Source of the DNA: Patescibacteria group bacterium
Lineage (GTDB): Bacteria; Patescibacteriota; Minisyncoccia; Phycocordibacterales; BOKC01
Assembly (NCBI GenBank): GCA_038062955.1
Contig: JBBTWE010000001.1
Span: 3,927 to 67,926, forward strand
Direction: 5' to 3'
Length of the DNA: 64,000 nt
Both the position numbers and the translations under genes were made by a program. The stretch's first letter is position 1; the number at the start of each line of letters is the position of its first letter. The notes below the pieces were generated by a model. It made no database searches. It worked only from the letters and a program-made list of their open reading frames with translations, and was not told where the DNA came from. Below are positions 26,332 to 36,857 of the stretch, piece by piece.

Positions 26332-27819
26332 ATGATTCACGAAAAAATGAAAAAAGAAAATAAAATTACAAATAATGATAAAAGGAAAGCTTTCCTAATT
26401 TGGGCTGATAACGGCCCAGAGGTAAATTATCTTATAAAGTCTTTAGAAGAACACTCCTGCAAAGTTGTCTATTGGGTTGGAAAAACCGAAAATACAAGCG
26501 AATTTCCTGAAATTATTTTTCACGACCACTATGCGGCATGGGCAGGTTTGCCACCCAAAAACGGAAGCGAAGAAAATTGTCTCCCTCCCTCTAAAGAATT
26601 AATAAAAAAAATGGCCGAAACAGAGTCGCTCGTTTTAAGTATGATGAATAAAAAATTTGATATTCTATCAGTGGATGAAAGAAGGCACCTCTATTATAGG
26701 ATGCTGGGCTACTGGGATACTATAATTCGGAAATATAAACCTTACATTATTATTTTCCCTGCTGTACCTCATACAGTATACAATTTTATTATTTATTCTC
26801 TCGCTAGGGAGTATAAAATAAGAACAGTTATGTTTGAGGATTCTTGGGTTTCAGACAGACTTTTAATGTATCGTGATTGGAGAGAGGGTAGTCTAAATTT
26901 ACATCTTGCATTACAGCGAAATAAGAACAAAAACTTTCGCTTGTTAGATCTAACTGAAGACCTTCAAGAATATTGGAAGTCACATAATGATCCTAAAAAT
27001 GATGTCACCCCAATTTACATCAATAATGCAAGAAAAAAATTCAGCACTTTTAACAAGATGCTAGCTAGGGTCAAAATTGCCAAGGAATCCTTGAAAAATG
27101 GAACTCTTTTAACTCGTTGTTGGAGTTATTATAGGAAACAGTTCAAGTCTAATCTTAAAAAAGAATACGAAAGTTTACAGTTTAAACCGAAATTTGATAT
27201 TGACTACTTGTATGTGCCTCTTTCTTTTCAGCCTGAGCGCACTACAAGTCCTCAGGGAGATGTGTATGGTGATCAGATTCTTATGATTGAAACTTTGTCG
27301 AAGGCGCTTCCCCCAGATCTAACCGTATACGTGAAAGAGCATCCAGCACAATGGCTTATGAGAAGTAATATAAATTATTCAAGTTCCAGATATGAGGGAT
27401 ATTATAAAAAGATTGCAAATCTCACAAATGTAAAACTCGTCCCGTTTGACACTAGTACCTATGATTTAATCAACGCGGCAAAGGCTGTGGTTGTGTGTGC
27501 TGGTACTGCTGGATGGGAAGCAATCATGCGATGTAAGCCAGTAATAAATTTTGGTTATCCATGGTATCGTGATTTTAAGGGAATATTTAAGGTAGAAAGC
27601 GTAGAATCTTGTAAAGTAGCTGTGGAGAAAATCATGGGCGGATATAAAATTACGGAGCAGGACATCATAAATTTTCTTAAGAGTTTTGGGGAGGCGTCAA
27701 GCAGGGCATATATTGAGAGTATGGTAGAAAAAATATCCAAATTAAGTAAAAAGGAAAGTATGGAAATTCTAACCAAACTTATTATTGCAGATACTCAAGA
27801 TATAACTTCTAACAAATGA
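26332..27819 (+). CDS. Capsule_synth family protein (KpsS/KpsC-like), second copy
   Basis: LSFQPE and VKEHPA motifs shared with 22601..24196. Confidence 0.5.
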   Translation: MIHEKMKKENKITNNDKRKAFLIWADNGPEVNYLIKSLEEHSCKVVYWVGKTENTSEFPEIIFHDHYAAWAGLPPKNGSEENCLPPSKELIKKMAETESLVLSMMNKKFDILSVDERRHLYYRMLGYWDTIIRKYKPYIIIFPAVPHTVYNFIIYSLAREYKIRTVMFEDSWVSDRLLMYRDWREGSLNLHLALQRNKNKNFRLLDLTEDLQEYWKSHNDPKNDVTPIYINNARKKFSTFNKMLARVKIAKESLKNGTLLTRCWSYYRKQFKSNLKKEYESLQFKPKFDIDYLYVPLSFQPERTTSPQGDVYGDQILMIETLSKALPPDLTVYVKEHPAQWLMRSNINYSSSRYEGYYKKIANLTNVKLVPFDTSTYDLINAAKAVVVCAGTAGWEAIMRCKPVINFGYPWYRDFKGIFKVESVESCKVAVEKIMGGYKITEQDIINFLKSFGEASSRAYIESMVEKISKLSKKESMEILTKLIIADTQDITSNK

Positions 27820-28244
27820 GAACAAAAAATGTAAAAAAAACGTCTCGACTTTCGAGGTTAAAAGATACCGGGAGATTTGCTATTGGTGTTGACGTCGAAA
27901 ATATTAGCAGATTTAAAGAGATGGATACACCATCATTTTCTGCATTCTTACGAAAAATATTTACTTCCAAAGAACTAGAGTATTGCTTTTCCAAGAAAAA
28001 TTCTTCTCAACATCTTGCTGTAAGGTTTGCGGGAAAAGAAGCAGTAATCAAAATACTTCGGGGATTAGGGGAAAGATATTTGAAAAATCCAGTTGGATAT
28101 AGTCAAATAGAAATACTAAACGATAAAAATGGAGCACCGTTTCCTCGCATCACTCTTCCGAAGTACAAAGACCTCAATATTATTATAAGCTTTTCCCATT
28201 CAAAAGAAATTGCGATAGCTTTTGCTGTGATGATCGACATATAA
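27816..28244 (+). CDS. acpS: holo-[acyl-carrier-protein] synthase (4'-phosphopantetheinyl transferase)
   Basis: IGVDVENISRF, FTSKELEYC, VRFAGKEAVIKIL, ISFSHSKE pattern of AcpS. Confidence 0.7.
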   Translation: MRTKNVKKTSRLSRLKDTGRFAIGVDVENISRFKEMDTPSFSAFLRKIFTSKELEYCFSKKNSSQHLAVRFAGKEAVIKILRGLGERYLKNPVGYSQIEILNDKNGAPFPRITLPKYKDLNIIISFSHSKEIAIAFAVMIDI

Positions 28245-28260
28245 CAATTTGTAAACATTT

Positions 28261-30033
28261 ATGCCAACTCTTTCAGAATACCTTGCCCGCTCCAAAAAAA
28301 TAGAGCGTACAAAACATAGTAAGCATCAAAAAGGAAACAACAAATCCCTCAAAATTGCCCTGCTGTCTTCTTCAACAATCCAGGCCTTGAAGGAGGTTTT
28401 GTCGGTAAAATGTCATGATGCTTTTATTAAAGCAGACGTTTATCTGTCAGGTTATAATCAATATGTTCAAGAGATTTTGAACAAGAAAAGTGGTATTTAC
28501 AAATTTAATCCCGACATAGTTTTTCTTTTTATAGACACCATATCATTGCTTGGAAATGCCTACTTTCGTCCATATAAAGATTCTTCTATGTGGGGCAAAA
28601 AATGGGTAAATGATAAAAAAGAAGAAATTATCGCTCTTTTAGACACTCTTTCGAAAAAACTTTCTGGTAGAATCGTGGTGCATAATTTCGAGGTGCCCAC
28701 TTTCTCTCCTCTCGGTATTGCTGAAACCAGAGAAGAGTCAGGATTTATTGAAAGTATTCGGGGCCTTAACGTCGCTCTACAGGATTTTTATAAGAATAGC
28801 CAACAGATTTTTGTTTTTGATTATGAATTATTTTGTTCCTACATAGGGAAAGATAGGATGCGGGACGATAAAATGTATTACATTGCTGACTACAAAATCA
28901 ATCCACAGTATATTCCCGCGCTTTCGGAGGGATATATGGCGTATATAAAGCCCACTGCTTCTATTATTAAAAAATGTCTTGTATTAGATTTAGACAATAC
29001 TTTGTGGGGTGGAATTATCGGGGAGGATGGTCTTGCTGGAATAAAACTCGGGCCAACACCAGAAGGGCGACCATTTTGGGAATTCCAAAACTACATTCTC
29101 TCTTTACGTGATCGTGGCATAATACTTGCGATCAATAGCCGAAACAATCCTAGGGATGCTCTTGAAGTTTTTCAGAAACATCCCTCTATGATTTTGAAAG
29201 AGGAGCATTTTGCTAGTGTAAAGATAAATTGGAATGACAAGGTAGACAATATGCGGTCTATTGCAAATGAATTAGGCATTGGCCTTTCGAGTATGGTTTT
29301 TATTGATGATGATCCATCAAACAGAGAGATAATTAAGAGATCTCTTCCTGAAGTTCTTGTCGTCGACTTACCTAGTGATCCATCTTTGTATTTAAAGGCT
29401 GTAAAAGAGATAAATGATTTTAATGTATTACAAATTACCAGAGAAGATTTAAAAAAAGGCGAAATGTATCTTGACCAGAAAAAGCGCAAAGAACTTCTAA
29501 GTTCTTCGAGTACATTAGAAGATTATTTTAAAAAACTAGAGACTGTTGTCGTCGTCCAAAAAGCGAATATTCCCAATATTCCAAGAATTGCTCAACTTAC
29601 TCAAAAGACAAATCAATTTAATCTGACCACTAAGAGATATACTGAAAAAGAGATAAGTAACATGGTTGATAAGGGCTATCTTGTTGTTTCGGTTTCAGTA
29701 AAAGATAAGTTCGGAGATAATGGAATCGTTGGGGTTGTGATTGTGGAAAGAAAGAATAATATCTGGCGAATTGATACATTGTTACTAAGTTGTCGGCTGA
29801 TAGGAAGGGGAGTGGAAAAGGTGCTTTTGGGTTATGTGCTGAATTTGGCCAAAAAAGAAGATGCTGACATAGTCGTAGGCGTATATATTCCGACTGAAAA
29901 AAATATGATGACCAAAGATTTTTATAAGCAAAATAATTTTTGTGAGAAGAAAGTCAAAGGGGAAATAGTTTGGGAGCATAATTTGCAAGATAAGTATGTT
30001 TATCCCGATTTTCTCACTGTAGAAGAAAAATAA
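28261..30033 (+). CDS. FkbH-like HAD-IIIC domain protein with C-terminal GNAT-like domain (putative glyceryl-ACP loader)
   Basis: CLVLDLDNTLWGGIIGEDG hallmark of FkbH/HAD-IIIC; followed by ACP. Confidence 0.7.
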   Translation: MPTLSEYLARSKKIERTKHSKHQKGNNKSLKIALLSSSTIQALKEVLSVKCHDAFIKADVYLSGYNQYVQEILNKKSGIYKFNPDIVFLFIDTISLLGNAYFRPYKDSSMWGKKWVNDKKEEIIALLDTLSKKLSGRIVVHNFEVPTFSPLGIAETREESGFIESIRGLNVALQDFYKNSQQIFVFDYELFCSYIGKDRMRDDKMYYIADYKINPQYIPALSEGYMAYIKPTASIIKKCLVLDLDNTLWGGIIGEDGLAGIKLGPTPEGRPFWEFQNYILSLRDRGIILAINSRNNPRDALEVFQKHPSMILKEEHFASVKINWNDKVDNMRSIANELGIGLSSMVFIDDDPSNREIIKRSLPEVLVVDLPSDPSLYLKAVKEINDFNVLQITREDLKKGEMYLDQKKRKELLSSSSTLEDYFKKLETVVVVQKANIPNIPRIAQLTQKTNQFNLTTKRYTEKEISNMVDKGYLVVSVSVKDKFGDNGIVGVVIVERKNNIWRIDTLLLSCRLIGRGVEKVLLGYVLNLAKKEDADIVVGVYIPTEKNMMTKDFYKQNNFCEKKVKGEIVWEHNLQDKYVYPDFLTVEEK

Positions 30034-30037
30034 AATT

Positions 30038-30277
30038 ATGAAAAGAGTAAGGAAAATTCTATCAGATGTTTTGTCTATAAGGGAGAACACTATTACAGAT
30101 AAAACATCTCCTAGTAATACGGAAACGTGGGATTCTTTCAATGCACTTATGATTGTTTCGGAATTGGAACGGGAATTTAAGATAAGTTTTACCTTTGAGG
30201 AAATTGCGGAGGTCACTTGTGTAGGGGATATCACAAAAGCATTAGAAAAAAGGGGAATAAAACTCCATGATAAATAA
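30038..30277 (+). CDS. acyl carrier protein
   Basis: 79 aa; TWDSFNALMIVSELEREF with DS phosphopantetheine serine. Confidence 0.65.
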   Translation: MKRVRKILSDVLSIRENTITDKTSPSNTETWDSFNALMIVSELEREFKISFTFEEIAEVTCVGDITKALEKRGIKLHDK

Positions 30278-30695
30278 AGCTAAAAAACTTTCATATACTG
30301 AGATAAAAGTAGGAGACTCGTATTCTTTTTCTGAAATTGTAACTGCTGACAAGGTTTATGAATTTGCGAGATTGACCGGTGATTATAATCCATTGCACGT
30401 TAACCTTAAGTTTGGAAAGCGAAGTATTTTTGGTAACAATATTGCGCATGGCATGTTTGTGGCAAGTTTTTTTTCAAAATTGATTGGTATGTATTGCCCA
30501 GGAGAACGATCATTGTATTTAAGTCAAACGCTTAATTTTAGAAAACCTGTTTTTTTTAATGACAAAATTACTGTTAATGGAACAGTTACAGACAAAGCGG
30601 ATAGTTTCAATATTGTAAGTATTAAAATGGAAATTTCAAAAGAGGGAATAGTTTTAGTTGACGGGATAGCTATGATAAAAGTACTTCCAATATGA
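30267..30695 (+). CDS. MaoC-like (R)-specific dehydratase, hot-dog fold
   Basis: GDYNPLHVNLKFGKRSIFGNNIAHGMF. Confidence 0.7.
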   Translation: MINKAKKLSYTEIKVGDSYSFSEIVTADKVYEFARLTGDYNPLHVNLKFGKRSIFGNNIAHGMFVASFFSKLIGMYCPGERSLYLSQTLNFRKPVFFNDKITVNGTVTDKADSFNIVSIKMEISKEGIVLVDGIAMIKVLPI

Positions 30696-31441
30696 AAACA
30701 ACAAAAACAGTATTAATAGTTGGAGGAAACGGAGGTATAGGAGCCTCGACAGTCAATTTATTTGCAGCAAAGGGGTGGATGGTATATTACACATATTACA
30801 AAAATAAAAAAACAGATTTTGAAAACAAATTTCCCAATACTATTGGGATAAGCTGTGATGTAACTAAAAATCAAGATATTAAAAAAGTAGCAAAAAAAAT
30901 AAAAGAAGATGGTTTCTCTGTAGATGCAGTTATATATTCTGTAACCACTCATTTGACACTCCAGCCCTTCGAGGATATCCCTATTAAAGTATTTGAAGAA
31001 GATATTGAAATCATTCTCATTGGAGCTATAAGAATCTTTCAGGTTTTGATTCCTCTTATGAAAAAAGAGGCTCAAAGTGTAATTATTCCCATAATAACTT
31101 CTTCGGTTATATCTACACCCAAAAGGATGTCTTCGTATGTTATTGCCAAATTCGGTCTTTTGGGGCTTGTAAAAAGCCTTGCTGTTGAAATATCACAGTT
31201 GGGGATTAGGGTTGTCGGCCTATCACCTTCGTTTGTAGAAACTTCACTTCTTAAAGCTTTTCCAGCCAAGATGCTTGAGTTAGAAAAATCTAAACTTCAA
31301 AATGGAAAATTTATCAGCCCTGAAGAAATTGCCAAAGTTCTGGATTCTATTATTTGTGACAAAGAGAAATTTTTAACAGGAGAAAATATTATTGTAAATA
31401 ATAGTCAGGACGTTGCAAGATTGATAGAAGAAAATAAATGA
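30692..31441 (+). CDS. short-chain dehydrogenase/reductase (FabG-like)
   Basis: VLIVGGNGGIGAS Rossmann; YVIAKFG (YxxxK). Confidence 0.75.
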   Translation: MKTTKTVLIVGGNGGIGASTVNLFAAKGWMVYYTYYKNKKTDFENKFPNTIGISCDVTKNQDIKKVAKKIKEDGFSVDAVIYSVTTHLTLQPFEDIPIKVFEEDIEIILIGAIRIFQVLIPLMKKEAQSVIIPIITSSVISTPKRMSSYVIAKFGLLGLVKSLAVEISQLGIRVVGLSPSFVETSLLKAFPAKMLELEKSKLQNGKFISPEEIAKVLDSIICDKEKFLTGENIIVNNSQDVARLIEENK

Positions 31442-32247
31442 TTCCACTCAAAAAATCAAAATTTATTTTTTCGTATAATAACCAGAATTACGAAAAGCTT
31501 GATATTTTTCAGGCTCTTCGTAATCTAGGAATAAAACATGGGGACTCGGTATTTGTGCACTCCGATGTTGCAAGGTTCGGCAAGATTATACCGGGGACTA
31601 AAAGAGATGAGTATTTAGAGGCATTCTTAGATGCTCTTAAGGATGCGGTAGGCAGAAATGGCAATGTTATCATGCCTTCCTTTACGTACTCATTTTGTAA
31701 AAAAGAGATTTTCTACCCACTCTATTCTCCTTCCACGGTAGGAATTCTTAGTGAGTATTTTCGAAAACAATCAGGCGTGTCACGCAGTTTAGACGCTATT
31801 TTTTCAGTCGCAGCGTATGGTCCACTAAAATCTTATTTTACTAAAGTTGGAACAAATTGTTTCGGGGAAAATTCTATTTTTGAGAAGTTGTATTTGAAAA
31901 ATGTAAAAATTGTCTTTGTTGGAAACACTTTTGATATAACCTACATGCATTTTATTGAACAGAGGTTTGGTGTTCCGTATCGTTTTATGAAAAAATTTGA
32001 AGGAAAAATAGAGGTTGACGGTGAATTAAAAAGATATACGTTCGACTATAATGTTAGAGATCTCGAAGTTGATGTGGTATATAATTTGGAAAAAATTGCT
32101 AGATTTTTAGAGAATCGAGGAGTTCTTAGTACTGTAAAACTCGGATATTCTAAGATAAGAATTATTAGTGCAGTCAATGCCTATGACGTTTTATTCGAAG
32201 GATTAAAAAACAATGTATGGTTGTTATGCAAAAAAAAGAAAAAATAA
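31438..32247 (+). CDS. AAC(3)-family (Antibiotic_NAT) N-acyltransferase
   Basis: LGIKHGDSVFVHSDVARFG...GNVIMPSFTY matches AAC(3) N-terminal pattern. Confidence 0.6.
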   Translation: MIPLKKSKFIFSYNNQNYEKLDIFQALRNLGIKHGDSVFVHSDVARFGKIIPGTKRDEYLEAFLDALKDAVGRNGNVIMPSFTYSFCKKEIFYPLYSPSTVGILSEYFRKQSGVSRSLDAIFSVAAYGPLKSYFTKVGTNCFGENSIFEKLYLKNVKIVFVGNTFDITYMHFIEQRFGVPYRFMKKFEGKIEVDGELKRYTFDYNVRDLEVDVVYNLEKIARFLENRGVLSTVKLGYSKIRIISAVNAYDVLFEGLKNNVWLLCKKKKK

Positions 32248-32253
32248 AATTAT

Positions 32254-33558
32254 ATGAATAAAATAAAAATTGAAAAAAAACAAGATTCTGGAAAGAAAAT
32301 GTATAGTCTCATGGAAAGGCTCTACCCCCTAACTCGTAGTATCACAGGTAATGGTACGAGACAGACGCTTAATATAATTAAGGAGTATATTCCTATTATT
32401 ATTAATGAAGTACCAACTGGAACCCCAGTGTTTGATTGGATAATTCCCAAAGAATGGAATATCACTGATGCCTATGTAAAAAATTCGAAAGGTGAGCGAG
32501 TCATTGATTTTAAAAAAAATAATCTTCATGTTTTAAGTTATAGTCAGCCTGTCAATACAAAAATGACACTTGAGGAACTAAAGCCGCATTTATATACACT
32601 CCCTGAACAGCCGGATGTTATTCCATATATGACTACGTATTACAAAGAAGGATGGGGTTTTTGTCTCTCTCATCAATCATTCAGTGGGTTGAAGGAAGAT
32701 ATGTACGAAGTAGTAATTGAGTCAACTCTCTCTCAGGGTTCTCTCACCTATGCCGAACTGTACATCAAAGGAGAGACAAAAGATGAAATTATTTTTTCAA
32801 GTTATATGTGCCATCCATCAATGTGTAATGATAATTTGAGTGGCCCAGTTTTATTAACCGCACTTGTAGAAGGCATGATTGGTAAAAAACATCGATACTC
32901 ATACCGTTTTTTGTTGGTTCCAGAGACTATTGGTGCTTTGGCATGGCTTTCTAGAAATGATAATAACCTTGCAAGTGTGAAAGGTGGTCTTGTAATAACT
33001 TGTGTCGGAGACTCTGGTGATATGACATATAAAAGAAGTAAACAGGGTGATGCATACATTGATAAGGTGGTAGAAAAAGTACTGAGGGATACTGGTTCTC
33101 CACATAAAGTAATAGATTTTTTCCCGATGGGTAGCGATGAGAGACAGTTTTGTTCCCCTGGTTTTAATTTACCAATGGGTTCTTTGGTTCGGACTCTTTA
33201 CGGCTGTTTTCCCGAGTATCACACTTCAGCTGATGACTTAGATTTTGTTAAAGCTGAGTATCTAGAAGATTCTTTAATGAGATACCGGGAAGTGGTGGAG
33301 GTCTTAGAGTGGAATGAAACATACATAAATCAAAGCTCGAAAGGTGAACCGCGACTTGATAAACGAGGCCTGTACCGCGCGATTGGTATCAAGACCAATA
33401 CAAAAATGGAAGAAGCAATATTATGGACTCTAAGTTTTTCTGACGGACAATATTCTCTCTTAGATATAGCGAATAGGTCTTCAATGTCATTTGCGCTCAT
33501 AAAAGAAGCGAGTATGCAGTTAGTAGAGCATGGGTTATTGAAAACAAAGACAGATTGA
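32254..33558 (+). CDS. DUF4910/aminopeptidase-like domain protein (C. jejuni Cj1295-like)
   Basis: M28-like core; recalled co-occurrence with AAC(3)-like genes in Pse modification loci. Confidence 0.5.
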   Translation: MNKIKIEKKQDSGKKMYSLMERLYPLTRSITGNGTRQTLNIIKEYIPIIINEVPTGTPVFDWIIPKEWNITDAYVKNSKGERVIDFKKNNLHVLSYSQPVNTKMTLEELKPHLYTLPEQPDVIPYMTTYYKEGWGFCLSHQSFSGLKEDMYEVVIESTLSQGSLTYAELYIKGETKDEIIFSSYMCHPSMCNDNLSGPVLLTALVEGMIGKKHRYSYRFLLVPETIGALAWLSRNDNNLASVKGGLVITCVGDSGDMTYKRSKQGDAYIDKVVEKVLRDTGSPHKVIDFFPMGSDERQFCSPGFNLPMGSLVRTLYGCFPEYHTSADDLDFVKAEYLEDSLMRYREVVEVLEWNETYINQSSKGEPRLDKRGLYRAIGIKTNTKMEEAILWTLSFSDGQYSLLDIANRSSMSFALIKEASMQLVEHGLLKTKTD

Positions 33559-33696
33559 ATAAATTAAAATAGTGTGCTACTATTTCCAAATTATCCTATA
33601 GTTTAGGCATATGTATAAATTAACTTTATAACTTTCAATTTTTAACTTTTCCGCCAAAATACTGGCGGATTCGCCTCAGGCGGAATAACTATCACC

Positions 33697-34722
33697 ATGT
33701 GGACCGTAAAAACAAAACTAGATTTTCTTAAAGGAAAGACCATGCTCGTAACAGGTGGTACTGGTTCATTTGGCAAAAATTTTATTCGTTTGCTTGCCGA
33801 TAAATCAAAATTAAAAAAGATAATCGTCTTTTCAAGAGACGAACTCAAGCAGTCAGTAATGCAGGCCGAATTTAAAAACGATCCGAGATTACGCTTTTTT
33901 CTAGGAGATGTTCGTGATTCGCGTCGTCTTGAGCGTGCTTTTCATGGCGTAGATATTGTGGTTCATGCGGCTGCTTTGAAACAAGTGCCGGCTCTCGAAT
34001 ACAACCCTTTTGAAGCGGTGCAGACCAATATTTTGGGAACTCAAAATGTTCTTGATGCGGCGATTAACACTGGGGTAAAAAAGTTATTACTAATTTCGTC
34101 CGACAAGGCGGCTCATCCGGTAAATCTTTATGGCGCCACAAAACTTTGCGCCGAAAGATTGGTTGTCGCAGGAAATGCTTATTCTGATGGTGTTACTCAA
34201 TCTTCATGTGTTCGTTATGGAAACGTGGTTGGTAGCCGAGGTAGTATTGTGGATGTTCTTCTTCGCAACAAACACAAAAAAGAAGTTTATATTACCGATG
34301 AACGAATGACCAGATTTTGGCTGGGGCTTGAGGATGCTTTTGATTTGGTGCTTTTTGCTTTAGGAAAAATGGAAGGTGGCGAGATATTTATTCCGAAAGC
34401 GCCTTCAATGACAGTTAAAGATCTATTTGAAAATATAGTTCCCAACGCTAAAAGAAAAACGATTGGTATCAGGCCAGGAGAAAAACTTCACGAAATTTTG
34501 TTAACTCGCGATGAAGCTAGACACTCTGTTGATTTGGGAGACTACTATGTTGTATTACCCGAACACGAGACGGCTCCAAATCAGACAAAGATGAAGAAAT
34601 ACCACGCAACTGGTAAAAAAGTTCATCCAGAATTTTCTTTTGAAAGTCACACCAATACTAAGAAACTTTCAAATAAAGATTTAATGGCGATAGTAGAAAA
34701 AATGGCAAAAATTCTTGAGTAA
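33697..34722 (+). CDS. pseB: UDP-N-acetylglucosamine 4,6-dehydratase (inverting), PseB/FlaA1-like
   Basis: MLVTGGTGSFGKNF, YGATKLCAERL, TRFW motifs. Confidence 0.8.
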   Translation: MWTVKTKLDFLKGKTMLVTGGTGSFGKNFIRLLADKSKLKKIIVFSRDELKQSVMQAEFKNDPRLRFFLGDVRDSRRLERAFHGVDIVVHAAALKQVPALEYNPFEAVQTNILGTQNVLDAAINTGVKKLLLISSDKAAHPVNLYGATKLCAERLVVAGNAYSDGVTQSSCVRYGNVVGSRGSIVDVLLRNKHKKEVYITDERMTRFWLGLEDAFDLVLFALGKMEGGEIFIPKAPSMTVKDLFENIVPNAKRKTIGIRPGEKLHEILLTRDEARHSVDLGDYYVVLPEHETAPNQTKMKKYHATGKKVHPEFSFESHTNTKKLSNKDLMAIVEKMAKILE

Positions 34723-34780
34723 GAGACAAAAGAAATAATTTTAAATCTTAAATTATTAAAAATCATAAATCTTAAATCCA

Positions 34781-35887
34781 ATGATTCCATACGGTAAACA
34801 ATCAATAGATCAGAGTGATATCGACGCAGTAGTTGAGACCTTAAAATCTCCATTTTTAACTCAAGGTCCAAAGGTCAAAGAATTTGAAGAAAAGTTAGCT
34901 GCCTACTCTGGCGCAAAATATGCCGTGGCTGTTTCAAATGGTACTGCGGCTTTACACGTTGCTTATTTAGCGGCAGGAATAAAAGCCGGGGATGAAGTTA
35001 TAACATCTCCTAACACATTTGTGGCTACATCTAATATGTTACTCGTAATTGGTGCGAAGCCGGTTTTTTGTGATCTCCGACCTGATACTTGCAATATTGA
35101 CGAAACGAAAATCGAAAAACTTATCACCAAAAAAACAAAAGCGATTGTTCCTGTGCATTTTGCTGGCAATCCTTGCGACATGGACAAAATAAAATCTATC
35201 GCAAAGAAACACAAACTTCTCGTGATTGAAGACGCTTGTCATGCACTCGGGGCGAGTTTCAAAGATAAGAAAATTGGATCTATTGGCGATATGAGCGTCT
35301 TTAGTTTTCATCCTGTAAAATCAATTACAACTGGCGAGGGTGGAGCAATCTTGACTGACAATAAAAAATTCTACGAAAAAATGCTTACCTTGCGAAGCCA
35401 CGGAATTCATAAAGATAAAAAAGGACTTGTTGTTATGACCCATATGGGATGGAACTATCGCATTACGGACATCCAGGCCGCTCTCGGCGTCTCCCAGTTA
35501 AAAAAACTTGATGGTTTTATTGATGCGAGAAGACAGGTTGTTAAATGGTACGAAGAAGCTTTTAAGGGTGCAGGTGGAATCATCCTGCCAAAAGAAACTG
35601 CAGGTTCAAAGTCCGCCTGGCACGTTTATGTAATCAGAGTTAAAAATAAAAAAGATCGTTTTCCTCTTGCAAATTTTCTTAAAGAAAAGGGAATTGGAAT
35701 TAATTTTCATTATCCTGCCGTTTACGGTCAACCATATTATAGAAAAAATGGTTATGCTAAGACAAAATTAAAAGAGGCTGATTTATATAATATTACCGCA
35801 ATTACTCTACCTCTTTTTCCAAACTTGAGCCGTCAGGAGGTGAAGCTTATTGTGCGAAGCATTAATGAGTATTTTATAAAAAATTAA
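34781..35887 (+). CDS. pseC: DegT/DnrJ/EryC1 PLP-dependent UDP-4-keto-sugar aminotransferase (PseC-like)
   Basis: FSFHPVKSITTGEGG PLP-lysine region; GWNYRITDIQAALG. Confidence 0.8.
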   Translation: MIPYGKQSIDQSDIDAVVETLKSPFLTQGPKVKEFEEKLAAYSGAKYAVAVSNGTAALHVAYLAAGIKAGDEVITSPNTFVATSNMLLVIGAKPVFCDLRPDTCNIDETKIEKLITKKTKAIVPVHFAGNPCDMDKIKSIAKKHKLLVIEDACHALGASFKDKKIGSIGDMSVFSFHPVKSITTGEGGAILTDNKKFYEKMLTLRSHGIHKDKKGLVVMTHMGWNYRITDIQAALGVSQLKKLDGFIDARRQVVKWYEEAFKGAGGIILPKETAGSKSAWHVYVIRVKNKKDRFPLANFLKEKGIGINFHYPAVYGQPYYRKNGYAKTKLKEADLYNITAITLPLFPNLSRQEVKLIVRSINEYFIKN

Positions 35888-35897
35888 ATATACTATT

Positions 35898-36857
35898 GTG
35901 ATTAAAAAAATTGCGTGGGGGACAAGCAAACTATTAGAAATGTATCTACGGCAAACAAAATCTAATCCGTTTAGTTATTGCATCGATGATTTTACAAAGC
36001 GTGATATGTTTTGTGGATTACAGGTAAAAAGATCGACTACGTTATCGAATGAAAAGAAAGGGGAATTCTTGATGGTTATTTTTGCCGTTTCAAATGAAGC
36101 TCTTCAAGAAATATCTTCTTCCCTTAGATCCAGTGGGCTGTCATATGGAAAAGATTTTATTTTTTATTCAGACTTTTTCCGTCCTAATTTTGAAAAAAAG
36201 ACCGAGAAACTTCTGGGAATTAAACTGAACAACGATCTTTACAGATATGCGTTATCTTTTACTTTAAATTCGAGAACATCCATTCATACGACCATATTGG
36301 GGACGTGGTTGTTTCTTGAATTGGTAAAAAAAGTTGATTCTTTGCATGGCCAAATTGCTGAAGTCGGTTCTTTTCAGGGTGGAAATGTGCTATGTGCTCT
36401 TAATTTTATGGCGGCGGCAGGATTACACCCTAAAAAATATTATGCCTTCGATTCATTTGAGGGTTTTCCGGAATTAAGTGAATTTGATCCAAAAAGTTTT
36501 CGGCGTGGTGATCATTCTATAAAAGTGATTCCGCAGGAGATAATGGATAAATTTGTTATTTTTCCAAATGCGAAAATTGTCAAAGGTTTTATCCCGAAGA
36601 CTTTTAGTCATATTGGTAATAACGAACGATTCGCATTAGTTTTTTACGATTGCGATCTATACGAGCCGGCACTTGCGACTTATAAGTATTTCTGGGATAA
36701 AATAGTCCCTGGAGGATATATGGTGATACATGATTATGAGACTCAAACAGGCGGTTTTACTGGAGTCAAGAAAGCATCCGAGGAATTCTTCGGTCCATTA
36801 GGTGTTGTTCCTACATCTTTTTTTGAGAATACCATGGCTGTAATAAAAAAACAGTGA
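35898..36857 (+). CDS. TylF/MycF-family SAM-dependent (O-)methyltransferase with N-terminal extra domain
   Basis: EVGSFQGG...FDSFEGFP...FYDCDLYE...GGYMVIHDY. Confidence 0.55.
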   Translation: MIKKIAWGTSKLLEMYLRQTKSNPFSYCIDDFTKRDMFCGLQVKRSTTLSNEKKGEFLMVIFAVSNEALQEISSSLRSSGLSYGKDFIFYSDFFRPNFEKKTEKLLGIKLNNDLYRYALSFTLNSRTSIHTTILGTWLFLELVKKVDSLHGQIAEVGSFQGGNVLCALNFMAAAGLHPKKYYAFDSFEGFPELSEFDPKSFRRGDHSIKVIPQEIMDKFVIFPNAKIVKGFIPKTFSHIGNNERFALVFYDCDLYEPALATYKYFWDKIVPGGYMVIHDYETQTGGFTGVKKASEEFFGPLGVVPTSFFENTMAVIKKQ

